From positions 4,898,001 through 4,962,000 of the forward strand of contig JBHGNT010000007.1 in NCBI GenBank assembly GCA_043228905.1: a DNA stretch of 64,000 bases. Reading direction: 5' to 3'. Each line of letters opens with the position of its first letter. Within the stretch, counting starts at the first letter, position 1. The position numbers and the translations under genes were made by a program. Below the pieces are notes generated by a model. The model saw nothing but the letters and a program-made list of their open reading frames with translations, searched no databases and was not told where the DNA came from. Positions 53,017 through 64,000 of this stretch are shown here, in pieces. The stretch comes from Azolla caroliniana (Eukaryota > Plantae > Polypodiophyta).

Positions 53017-56000
53017 GTGTGGTACGTTGATTCTGGTGCGTCAAATCATATGACGAGCCATAAGGTGTGGTTCTCATACATTGAGAAACCGATGCAACCG
53101 GGAATAGTCACAACAGGAGACGACACTCCACATCTGATCGAGAATGTCAGTGAAGTTCCGTTGAGCCATGTCGGGAAAAAAGGGAAACTCTTGAATGTGT
53201 TACACATCTCAACAATCACGAAGAATATGGTGTCGGTCGGGCAAATTGTCGACTAGGGGATGCAAGTCCGGTTCACGCATCTCGGGTGCTTCATCGAGGA
53301 GGAAGGCCAAGTTATTGCGCAAGGGCGCAACGACGGGAGGATGTTTATTCTCGACACCAATGACGTTGGCACCGCAATGTTCGCAAAAGGACAAAAGGTC
53401 GAGTCGGATATCAACTTGTGGCACAAGAGGATAGGCCACGTCAACTATCAAAGGCTTCAGGACTTGTAATCGAAAAAAGTTGTGTTCGGATTGCCCAAAT
53501 TTAGTGGCCGGAAGGCCCAAATTTATGAAGCTTGCCAGCTAGGGAAGCAACACCGACTTCCTTTCCCCAACAAGCGTAACTGGAGCCGGAACAAGCTCGA
53601 CTTGATACATTCTGATGTATGGGGGCTGGCACAGAATGTTAGTCTTGGTGGGAGTTGATATTTTGTCTCCTTCATCGACGACTACACGCGACACACGTGG
53701 ATCTATCTCATTGAAAAGAAGAGTGAACTCTTCGACTGTTTCCGGGACCTCAAAAGCTTTGTAGAAAGGGAAACAGGGAGAAAGATCAAGTGCCTGCGGT
53801 CGGATGGCAGAAAAGAGTATTTTTCCGGCCAATTCAACAGTTATCTGCAACAAATGGGAATTCGGCATGAATTTAGTTGCAGGTATACGCCGGACCGAAA
53901 CGGCGTAGCTGAAAGGAAAAATTGGTCGGTTGTGGAAGCGGCGTGGGCAATGTTGGAAGAAAAGAGCTTCCCCAAGTTCTATTGGGCCGAAGCGGTACGA
54001 ACCACGGTGTACATCCAGAATCGGATCAGAGACAAAGTGTTGGCGCATGAGCTATACTTCGGAAGAAAGCCAAATCTACAACACTTGAGAGTTTTCGGTA
54101 GCATTGCGTATGTGCATGTGCCGAAGGAGAAACGGAGGAAGTTGGACGTGAAAGCCGAGAAGTGTATCTTGGTAGGATATTCAGACGAATAGAAGGGTTA
54201 TAAGTGTTATAACCCCCGAACCAAACAAGCTCGCGTGAGCCGCGATGTTATGTTTGACGAGTCCACATCTTGGTACTTGCCTCCGACTCCGGACCTCAAC
54301 TCCAACTCCGGATCTCTGGACCCGAGTTCTGACGATGAGGTCAACGAGGCTGAAATGCTTCCGGATGACTGCGAAATCAAGACCCTCAATGAGAGTCTGA
54401 TTTCATTTCGGCTAAGTGGACCGAACGAGAGATTGGGTTGGTTTGACGAGTCCGAAGAAGAGCCGGCGAGTAGCGGAGACTCGGCTGCACATTCCCCGTG
54501 CAGGAAGCCGAGGAGACGGTTTACGCGCAAAGAAAAAGGGAAGAAGAAGATGCCGGAGTACGGCATGGATAAGAGCGTGTCAGATCGACGCGAATCTGAC
54601 TCCGAGAAGAGCGATGACGGGCCTTCGAGAGCATAGTCCGCGTCGGCCAAGAAAACCTCAATGTCGGCTAATGAGCAATTACGTCGATCTACCCGCTGGA
54701 AGAACCTTGTTGTATGGTTTGGATACAACGAGTACATGGCGCATCACTATGCGTACATGACGCGTGTGGCGGAAGTGCACGAGCCGAGGAGCTACGCAGA
54801 AGCGGCGAAGGACGCAAATTGGCGTGCCAGAATGGAGGAAGAGATGCGCACATTGGCGGAGAATGAAACCTGGGACCTGGTTGACGCACTGCAAGGTGTG
54901 AAACCGATCGGATGTAGGTGGGTGTACAAGGTCAAGTACAACACCGACGGCTCGGTCAACCGATACAAGGCCCGGTTAGTAGCGAAAGGCTACGCGTAGA
55001 AGCACGACGTGGACTACAATGAGACCTTTGCGCCTGTTGCGAAGATGACTACCGTGTGTGTTCTGCTAGCCCTAACAACGGTGAAGGGGTGGCATTTACA
55101 TCAGATGGATGTCAAGAATGCGTTCCTGCGAGGCGAGCTTGAGGAACAGGTGTACATGGTGCAACCCCCTGGATTTCACTCCGGAATGAACACGTCGGTG
55201 GTCTGCCGGCTGAAGAAGTCCCTTTACGGACTAAAGCAAGCCCCTCGTGCTTGGAACGCAAAAATCACGTAGCAATTGCATCGGATGGGATTTGGGACGT
55301 CCAAATCAAACTCTTCACTATTCATTCAGCAAGGTCGACTTGGGCCGGTTAGTATTTTACTTTATGTTGATGACTTGGTCATCACCGGCGCCGACCTAGG
55401 TGAAATTGACCGCGTAAAGCTCCAGCTCGCGGCATCATTTGACATGAAGGATTTGGGGGACCTTCATTACTTCCTCGGGATATAAGTGATCCGTACCCCC
55501 GAAGGCATACTGATCAACCAACGACATTACGTGCTGGGTATGCTCTTCAAGTTTGGGATGGAAGCCTATAAGTCTGTCTTGACTCCTCTGGATAGAACCG
55601 TCAAGCTTCGCCCCGACTCCGTAAAGGTTTGCGACCCGGAGAGGTTCCGATAGATTGTCGGAAGCCTCATCTACTTGACTATCACTTGACCAGACCTCAG
55701 TTACCCGGTCGGTGTGATTAGTCAGTTCATGGCGTGGCCAACTGAGGAGCACCTTCAGTGCACACAACGCGTACTCCGGTATGTCAGTGGCACTAAGGAC
55801 CGGGGGCTACTATATTGGACTGATATTGTCGTGCAGTTAGTCGGTTACACCGATACTGATTGGGCCGGAAATGCCGGCGATCGCCGATCCACATCTGGAT
55901 TCGTGTTCTCTCTTGGGAGTGTTGCGATCGCGTGGAGTAGTAAGAAGCAACCGACAATTGCACTGTCGAGCACCGAAGCCGAGTATAGAGGAGCGGCTAT

Positions 56001-56330
56001 CGCAACATGCGAAGCCATCTGGCTGAAACGACTACTTAAGGATATGTGGGTGGAGGTGTTTGATCCGACGACGATCTACTGTGACAACCTCCACAACATC
56101 CAATTAGCGAAGAACCCTGTCTTCCACGCTCGGACTAAGCACATTGAGGTGCACTACCACTTTGTCCGCGAGCATGTCCTCTCCGGTGAAGTCGAAATTC
56201 AGTATGTTTTGACGGATCGACAGACCGCCGACATTTTCACCAAGCCCCTTGGTCTCGACAAGTTGTGGCAATTCTTGGGTGCACTTGGGTTGCGACACCT
56301 CGATGTGCCAAACTTGAGGGGGAGAGAAGT
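53017..56330 (+). pseudogene. Element B pol (protease, integrase, RT, RNase H), multiple premature stops
   Basis: WYVDSGASNHMT, LWHKRIGH, NGVAERKN, LLYVDDL, KHIEVHYHFVRE, ADIFTKPL. Confidence 0.92.
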
Positions 56331-57186
56331 TTGGAAGACCACGAAAGAGAGCAAGAAAGGACCGGAAGAGACCGTGACACTGAGTCGAGTGACGAATTCG
56401 ATTTCGGGTCGGCTGAAGAAGCCTAGGGTGGATCCGCGGAAGAGTCCGAAAGCGGACGTGAGGGAAGTGAAAACCGATCGGAGGAAGCCGATTCGGTTCG
56501 GATGTTTGATTCGGAGACGTCGAATCAACCGAGGGCCAAGCATAAGAAAGGACAGCCGAAGAGGTGCCAACACCGCGACAACAAGGGAGCTGAGAAGGGC
56601 CGCACGAGCACACAAGCCGATTGGAAGGGTTGAGGCATGCGGAATCGAATAGGTCGAGGAGCGCGAGCGCGGCGTGAAGCTAGAAGAAACCGGAGTGGTG
56701 ATCCGGAAGAACCAGAAGAGCCTCAAGTTGAGCTTGAGGGGGAGTGTTGAGATACAAGCTCAACATTGGCCGGATCGGCTATGCAAGCCGAGAACCAGAT
56801 CGGTTGGGATCGATCGGTTAGGCCAGACCGGTGCGTAAACCAGTGCGCAAACCGGTGCGCAATGAGAAGCCGTAGTGGTGCGTAAACCGCGAGGTCGTTG
56901 GAAAGATATTCCGCGTAGGAATATATCTTTAGGAGTTAGTGTGGAGCTCAGTTATGAGCATTGAAGTACGTGTCAGTACTTCTGTCAGTCCGTATGGACT
57001 TGTATAAAAGTGCTCACTGAGCACATCCTATGTATAGTCTGAGTATTATTTTTTGAATAGAGTTGTGTGTATTGACTCTCTTTGTCTCTCCCGCGTACTG
57101 TGTGTGCCCAAGCTCTCCATTAAACATGTGTTTTTTCCTACGATTTGCTTTCTATTGCTTCCGCACATTGTTCATTTCACATGAAG

Positions 57187-60100
57187 GAGGTCAAGAAACG
57201 CAACCCAACCCGACACACGCCGACTACCCAGTGTGGGAGCAGGCTGCAAGCCGTGTGTTGTATTGCCTTGCATCATGCGTACATGATCACATGCTTGGCT
57301 ATATTTGAGAGGCGAAAACGATGAAGGAAGCATGGGGCAATCTCAAGAAGATCTTCGCGGCCAATACGGCTGTCCGCAAGCTCCAGCTTCGTCAGGAGTT
57401 GAATGACATTCAACAAAGGGACATGTCAATCGGCAGCTACGCCTTGAAGATCAAGAAGCTGTGCGATGCCCTCGGGTCGATCAATGTTGGCATTGACGAC
57501 GAAGAAATGGTGCAGATATGCCTCAGAGGCTTGGCACCTCGATTCAACGCAATAAGATCCGCCATTCTTGCAAGAGAGAATCCTCCTACCTTTTTCGATC
57601 TCCAGTTAATATTGCTGGTCGAGGAAAATCACACTTGACAGAGGAACAATGCACCAGAGGGTCATATGCTCTACTCCCAACTGGATGATAGAAGAATTTT
57701 CGGCCGTGGAAATAGAGGTAAGCTCGGACAAGGCCGTCATGGTCAGCAGATCCAAGAGCGTAACTCTTACCAATGGCAAGCGGATAGGAACAATCCAAGA
57801 GAGTTCGAAAAAAGGGGGAGTCATCACGCCGAACCAAGCAACCGCAATAACCCAATCAAATGCGGATACTGCGGAAAACTCGGTCACTACGAAGAGGAGT
57901 GCCGAAAAAAGAAGCGAGAGTCGGCTTCAACTAGCCGATAGTTCACACACTATGCGTCGAATTCTGATTACGACAATCGTAGCAGAATGTTCACGAATTT
58001 CGCATCGAATTCAGACTACAACGATCGTAGTGGAATGTTCATGATGAGGCACAAAGTGCACTCAATGGCGACACAAGGTGAAGCAAGCACTACACCCTCA
58101 AAGAATGTATGGTTTGTTGACTCAGGAGCATCCAACCACATGACATCTCATGAAGTTTGGTTTCGGGAATTACGAAAACCCGAATGTCCCGGATATGTCG
58201 AGACATGCAATGACACGACTCATCCAATACAACATATCGGGAATGTCTGATTCGGAAATGACGGAAAAAAAACCTACCTCCAGAATGTACTGCATGTCCC
58301 CACCATCACGAAAAACCTGGTCTCAGTTGGCCAAATTGTTGAACAAGGAATGCAAGTACGATTCAACAACGATAGGCGCTTCATCGAAAGGGGCGGTCAA
58401 GTTGTAGCTCACGATCGACGAGAAGGCCGTATGTTTATCCTCGAATTGAACGACGTAAAGTCAGCCATGTTCGCAAAGGGCCTCAAAGTCGAAACCGACC
58501 TAAACTTGTGGCACAAGAGAATTGGTCACATCAATCCCCAGAAGCTTTAGAACATGCAATCGAAAGGAGTCGTAATCGGACTCCCAAACTTTACCGCGCA
58601 GGAGATTATGGGTGTATGCAAAGCGTGCCAGTTCAGAAAGCAACACCGACATCCATTCCCGAAAGAACAGAATGTGAGCAAAGGGATCTTGGATGTCGTA
58701 CATTAAGATGTATGGGACCGGCCCAGACAAGCACACTCGGCGGATGCCAATATTACGTCACGTTCGTCGACGACTTCTCCAGGCACACTTGGATCTACCC
58801 GATGAGACAGAACAACGAAGTGTTCGAACACTTCCAGAGGTTCAAGGCCGAAGTCGAAAAAACTACGGGTCGGCATGTACGCTGCCTTTGATCAGATGGA
58901 GGCAAAGAATACTTTTCGGATGAGTTTACGGTGTATCTCCGAAAGGAAGGAATCCGACGAGAATTTTCATGCTGTCACACACCTTAGCAAAACGGCGTAG
59001 CCAAGCGGAAGAATTGGCACATAATAGAGGTAGCACGTGCAATGATGAACGAGAAGAACTTGTCGAAATCATATTGGGCAGAAATGGCGAATACGGTCGT
59101 ATACCTCATGAATAAGTGCACAACCTTGGGAGTACACGACGCAACCCCCCATGAGAAGTTTCTTGGTAAGAAGCCAGACTTATCACATGTTCATATTTTC
59201 GGCTCAACCACTTATGTGCATATTCCTGATGATACGTGACAAAAGCTGGACCCGAAGTCGAAGAAATGTATCCTCGTGGGGTACTTGCTCGAACAGAAGG
59301 GGTACAAATGCTACAATCCATCTACCCGAAAAGTTCAAACAAGTCGAGATGTCGTTTTCGACGAGTCCGCATCTTGGTACGCACCAGAGCCAACTTTGAC
59401 TCCGACTCTACTCAACCCGGAATACGCCGAAATAGATGCAGAAGCCGAATATCGAGTTACGCGCATGTTCGACGACAGTCCAATCACGACCTGATTAAGT
59501 GGGCCACAAGAACCTTCGAGTGATCAAAGCACATCTTCGCCGAGAGTCCGAAGTTGGACAAAGGGAAGGCGAAAATGGTGGAGTATGAAGACGATCACTT
59601 CGACGGCAATGAATCGACTCACTCCCTCAATAGTGAGTTTGAAGGCCCCGACATCCGGACAAATGGAGCGAAGAAAGCCTTAATATCCGCGAACAAAAAG
59701 CTACGCCGTTCCACGCGAGAGAAGAATCCCGTAAGCCGGTCCAAGCTACGCCGGTCCACGCGACAATGAGTACATGGCGTATCATTATGCCTTTATGATG
59801 AAGGTAGTGTTAGTACGGGAACTGGAAACCCTTTCTGAAGCCGTAAAGGATCCGCGATGGGTCGACGCGATGAATGAAGAAATGCAAGCCCTATGCAAAA
59901 ACGAGACATGGGATCTCGTTCCTCACATTCTACACAAGAAAGCAATTGGTTGCCGATGGATTTACAAAGTAAAACACAATGCTGACGTCTCTATAAATCG
60001 CTCCAAAGCACGACTCGTTGTGAAAGGATATGCACAAACGCACGGAGTTGACTACAAAGAGACCTTTGCCCCAGTGGCAAAGATGACAACTATGTGAACC

Positions 60101-61395
60101 GTTGTTGCAATCGCAACAGCAAAAAGGTGGCACCTCCATCAAATGGACGTGAAGAACGCCTTCCTCCAAGGGGAACTAGAGGAGGAAGTGTACATGATCC
60201 AACCACCTGGCTTTGAATTGCGCAATCATCTGAACGTTGTGTGCCGACTCAAGAAGCCACTCTATGGCCTCAAACAAGCACCACGAGCGTGGCATTCGAA
60301 GATCACGCAGTATCTTCATCAAATCGGATTTCGAATGTCAAAATATGATAACTCTCTATACATCCGAAACGAGTTAGATAGCCCATTGTCATCATCCTAT
60401 ATGTGGATGATTTGGTCATCGGAGGAAAGGATCTCGCTGAGATTAACAAGGTCAAATCACTTCTCTCCAACAGATTCGAAATGAAAGACCTGCATGAGCT
60501 ACATTACTTCTTAGGCATCAAAGTAATTCAGACACCAGTTGGGATAACAATCTCACAATGACACTACGTCCTCAACTTACTCAACAAGTTCGGGATGACG
60601 GAGTGTAAACCTGTGTCCACCCCACTTGACCGTAATCTCAAGCTTGATGTTGATTTTGGCACAGCCGAGTGCGAGCCAACTCAATATCGCCAATCGATTG
60701 ACAACCTCATCTACCTAACCATTACGCGACCCGACCTCAGCTATTTGGTCGGCCTACTCAGCCAATTCATGCAGAATCCGCGCAACCTTTATCTTCACTC
60801 CGCTAAGAGGGTACTTCGGTATGCCGGTGGTACGATGGATTATGGCGTCAAATACAGGTCAAATACGATAATTCGACTTGAAGGGTACATAGATGCGGGC
60901 TGGGCAGGTTATAAATCAGATAGACGGTCAACATCAGGATTCGTTTTCTCCCTCGGCAGTGGAACAATCTCATGGAGTAGCAAGAAGCAACCGATAGTCA
61001 CACTGTCGAGCACGAAGGCCGAATACAGGGGCGCGAAGGTTGCCACGTGTGAAGCTGTATGGCTGAAGCGTATACTGAAGGATCTGGGCATACCCATCAA
61101 GGATCCGATTCGACTATACTACGACAACATGAGTAGTATCTACCTGGCGTGGAACCCCATATTCCACGCGCGGACTAAGCATGTCGAAGTGCACTACCAC
61201 TTCATCTGCGAACGCGTGCAGGTCGGAGATATAGACTTACACCACATCAACACGAATCTACAGGTAGCCGACATTTTCACGAAAGCCCTAGGTATCGACA
61301 AGTTGCGACAGTTCGCGTCGAACCTTGGCCTATCTCTTTCTGACCAGCTGAGCTTGAGGGGGAGTACAGACCAGAACAGTGAACCAATCGATTGA
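57187..61395 (+). pseudogene. Element A gag-pol remainder (CCHC knuckle, protease, integrase, RT, RNase H) with many stops and frameshifts
   Basis: [66 protein letters not shown]. Confidence 0.92.
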
Positions 61396-61822
61396 TCGAA
61401 GCACATGTCGGCCGAACAAGGAGTACGAAACCGAAAAGTCGAACAATCGAAGTTCGAAGCATTCGAAGTGTTCGAAGACCGATCCGAAACAATTTTTTGA
61501 TATTTGGAAGTTATGTTCGAAGGGGCGTGTTGAGAATCAAACTCAACTTCCCATAGAAATAGGTTTCACACTAGCTCATGGACATACCATGCTAGTTTTG
61601 TAAATAGTAGAAAGGGCCCTTGCCCTAGTTTAGTTGGTATTTAAACCAACCCTTTGTAACTTTGTTATTGTTGGAAGTAATATACAGTTTTCTTGTTAAG
61701 AGCTCTCCCTCTCTGTCTCTCTATCTGTCTGTCTGTCTGTCTCTGTTTGCTGTGTACACACACACACACACTCAATTATCTTCCGCTGCATTACACCACC
61801 AGTTCCATCTCTTCACACTCGG

Positions 61823-61884
61823 GAATGCAGATATCGTGAGACTGATGTAAATTGCCCGAGCTTGTCAACTCTTAAGGCCTTAGT
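61823..61884 (-). mobile_element. Element Z pol fragment between insertions A and F
   Basis: Minus strand reads KALRVDKLGQF.., homologous to A KALGIDKLRQF, and continues across the CTCGG TSD into 39591 and below. Confidence 0.7.
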
Positions 61885-64000
61885 TGTTGAGAAGCAAGCT
61901 CAACATGGTATGTGATGCTTATTGGGAAATAAGCTATAGTAGTTATTTAGCTACTTGTGAACATAAAGGAGAAACAACTAATTATCTACTGACAGCTAAT
62001 TAGCTATCGACAGCTATTTAGCAACTGACAGCTAATTAGCTACAGGCAGCTAATTAGCTGCATATGTAAGTAACGTATTACTTAGGTAAAAAGTAAGAGA
62101 TTAGGTAAGTAAGAAATATACAGGAAGTAGAACTCTGAGAGAGAGAGTAAGGATAGAGAGGAAGAACTCAGAGAATGAGAGTAGAAGAGAGAAATAGACG
62201 AGAGCAAGTAGAGCTCTGTGTGTAATGAAATAGAAGAAGTATTGGCTGCTACAGAGGTAAGTCTCCTTCCCCCTTCCCTTTTGTGTTTGAGCACCAAACG
62301 ATCTAGCACACCACGATCCGCCGCACACATAAGAAGAGCCCGAGTGCCTTCTTCACATTTTCTTAACATGGTATCAGAGCGAGTTGCTCATAAAGAAGAG
62401 TACAGAAGTGCATAGATCTGAGAAAGGTATTTCTTTGTTTGCTGATCTGAATCAGAAAGTTACTTGTTGAAGTAATCGTAGTAGAAACCCTAGTTTGGAA
62501 GAGATAATGGCTGCAGGGAATGTGGGCCAAATAGTTACAGAGAAACTAGATAAAAACAATTTCCCGGTGTGGAAATTTAGAATGACAAATTTCCTGATGG
62601 GGAAAGGATACTGGGATTACATTGAAGGAGACCTAGAAGAGGCTCCGGAGATCCTAGAAGAAAATGCCACAGCAGCACAGATTAAAGCATTCAAAGATTG
62701 GAATCAAGGGGCCAGGAAGGTAATGCATTGGCTCTCACTTAGCATCTCAGATTCGATGCTTGGGCACATACAGGATGCTATGCTCCCAAAAGAAGCTTGG
62801 GACAGTTTGGTAAAACTGTTTGCAGTAAACACAAAAGCTAGAAAGCTACAATTGAAGACTGAGCTAAATACCTTAGAAAAAGGTAAGATGTCAATAAAGG
62901 AGTATGCTTTGAAAATAAAGAGCATATGTGAATCACTTGCTTCTATCAATGTAAAGATAGAAGATGATGATAAGGTAGAAATATGGTTGAGAGGCTTAGG
63001 ACCTCAATACAAAAGCTTTAAAACCTCTATGCTTACAAGGGATAGTATCCCAAGTTTTCCAGATCTGGTTTCAATGCTTGTAGTAGAAGAAAGGAATAAG
63101 ATGGATGATGTAAATAAAGGAAATCTTGAGAATGAGGGGCAAGCCCTATATAATAGTGCTGGAAGAGGCCGAGGAAGAGGCCATGAAAGATTTGGCTCAG
63201 CAAGAACCAACAATAATGGTTATCAAGGAAGAGGACAACAAACCATTAGAGGAAGAAACAACAACAGAGGCAGGGGGAGCAACCAAGGTAGAGGTAAGCA
63301 AACATATGTAAATGATGATGGTTGTTGGTATTGTGGAAAACCAGGCCACACACAGGCTGAATGTTACAAGAAGCAAAATGATGAGCAAAGAGGAAGAAAG
63401 AGACAACAGAATAACTATGCCCAAACTAGTGAAGATTGTGAAAAAGATGGTGCATTTGTGGTACAACATGAGATAACATCAGTGAATGAAAGCTCACAAA
63501 AATGTAATGAAGAGTTTACATGGTATGTAGACTCGGGGGCATCTAACCATATGACTGGACATGCAAACTGGTTTGAAAGGTTAAGAGAACCAGAGATTCC
63601 TGGCTATGTACAGACGAGTGATAATAATACTCACCAAATAGAACATGTTGGAGATATCCCATTGTGGGAAGAAAAAGGAAAGATTAAGTATATGTTGAAT
63701 GTAATGCATGTTCCAAATCTTGCTAAGAATCTGATTTCTGTTGGACAGATAGTAGAGGAAGGTATGCAAGTAAAGTTTAAGCAAAGTGGATGCTATATAG
63801 AAAAGAATGGGAAGCTCAATGCAAAAGGAAAACGACAAGGAAGAATGTTTATTTTGGATGTTGACATGCCTAGATAGATTTCAGTTATGTTTGCAAATGG
63901 AATGAGTGTAGTCTCAGATGTGGAAATGTGGCATAAAAGGATTGGCCACATAAGTATGCAAACCCTAAAGAATATGTTGAGAAAAGATGCAGTGGCTGGA
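61885..64000 (+). mobile_element. Element F: Ty1/copia inserted in Z; 5' LTR 61885-62368, PBS iMet 62369-62380; runs off window
   Basis: TGTTGAG..TTAACA followed by TGGTATCAGAGC; predicted TSD TTAGT (61880-61884). Confidence 0.88.
62507..63877 (+). CDS. Element F gag-protease ORF, ended by an in-frame TAG; GAG-pre-integrase sequence continues in frame afterwards
   Basis: EKLDKNNFPVWK, CWYCGKPGHTQAEC, WYVDSGASNHMT; after the stop, MWHKRIGH. Confidence 0.85.
   Translation: MAAGNVGQIVTEKLDKNNFPVWKFRMTNFLMGKGYWDYIEGDLEEAPEILEENATAAQIKAFKDWNQGARKVMHWLSLSISDSMLGHIQDAMLPKEAWDSLVKLFAVNTKARKLQLKTELNTLEKGKMSIKEYALKIKSICESLASINVKIEDDDKVEIWLRGLGPQYKSFKTSMLTRDSIPSFPDLVSMLVVEERNKMDDVNKGNLENEGQALYNSAGRGRGRGHERFGSARTNNNGYQGRGQQTIRGRNNNRGRGSNQGRGKQTYVNDDGCWYCGKPGHTQAECYKKQNDEQRGRKRQQNNYAQTSEDCEKDGAFVVQHEITSVNESSQKCNEEFTWYVDSGASNHMTGHANWFERLREPEIPGYVQTSDNNTHQIEHVGDIPLWEEKGKIKYMLNVMHVPNLAKNLISVGQIVEEGMQVKFKQSGCYIEKNGKLNAKGKRQGRMFILDVDMPR

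Larger units (their letters stand above)
40105..57181 (+). mobile_element. Element B: Ty1/copia nested in A gag; LTRs 40105-40543 and 56745-57181; PBS 40544-40554; PPT 56736-56744; TSD TGAAG
   Basis: LTR pair TGTTGAGATACAAGC..TTTCACA; TGAAG at 40100-40104 and 57182-57186; gag from 40633. Confidence 0.93.
39597..61817 (+). mobile_element. Element A: Ty1/copia LTR retrotransposon; LTRs 39597-39882 and 61528-61817; PBS tRNA-iMet 39883-39894; TSD CTCGG
   Basis: TG..CA LTR pair; TGGTATCAGAGC; CTCGG at 39592-39596 and 61818-61822. gag starts 39984, is split by B and resumes at 57187. Confidence 0.93.

Noticed and set aside
63875-63877. Programmed stop read-through in F
   Set aside because: Copia gag-pol is normally one ORF and this TAG lies after the protease; a point mutation is the simpler explanation.

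Overview
Intron-containing plant nuclear DNA, probably from a non-seed land plant (inferred from element style, not provable here). Left end (1-3986): a 51-bp-period array of palindromes whose 8-bp cores occur in both orientations. It sits just upstream of a spliced, stop-free gene (at least 5 exons, about 960 codons in the window) fusing a ParB/Sulfiredoxin-like domain to a bacterial-type beta-class amino (N6-A/N4-C) DNA methyltransferase. This is the most unusual feature. 5-17 kb is AT-rich decayed TE debris. Three host genes follow: peroxisomal acyl-CoA oxidase ACX2 (8 exons, PTS2), an OEP16/Tim17-family gene (6 exons) and a DUF3527 gene (2 exons, minus strand). 39.2-64 kb is a resolvable nest of LTR retrotransposons: Z > A > B > C > D > solo LTR E, plus F inserted in Z. 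TSDs are visible for A-E, B carries an internal inversion, and the related elements D and E both inserted at CCGG with 4-bp TSDs. Coordinates and splice sites were read by eye and no database searches were run.
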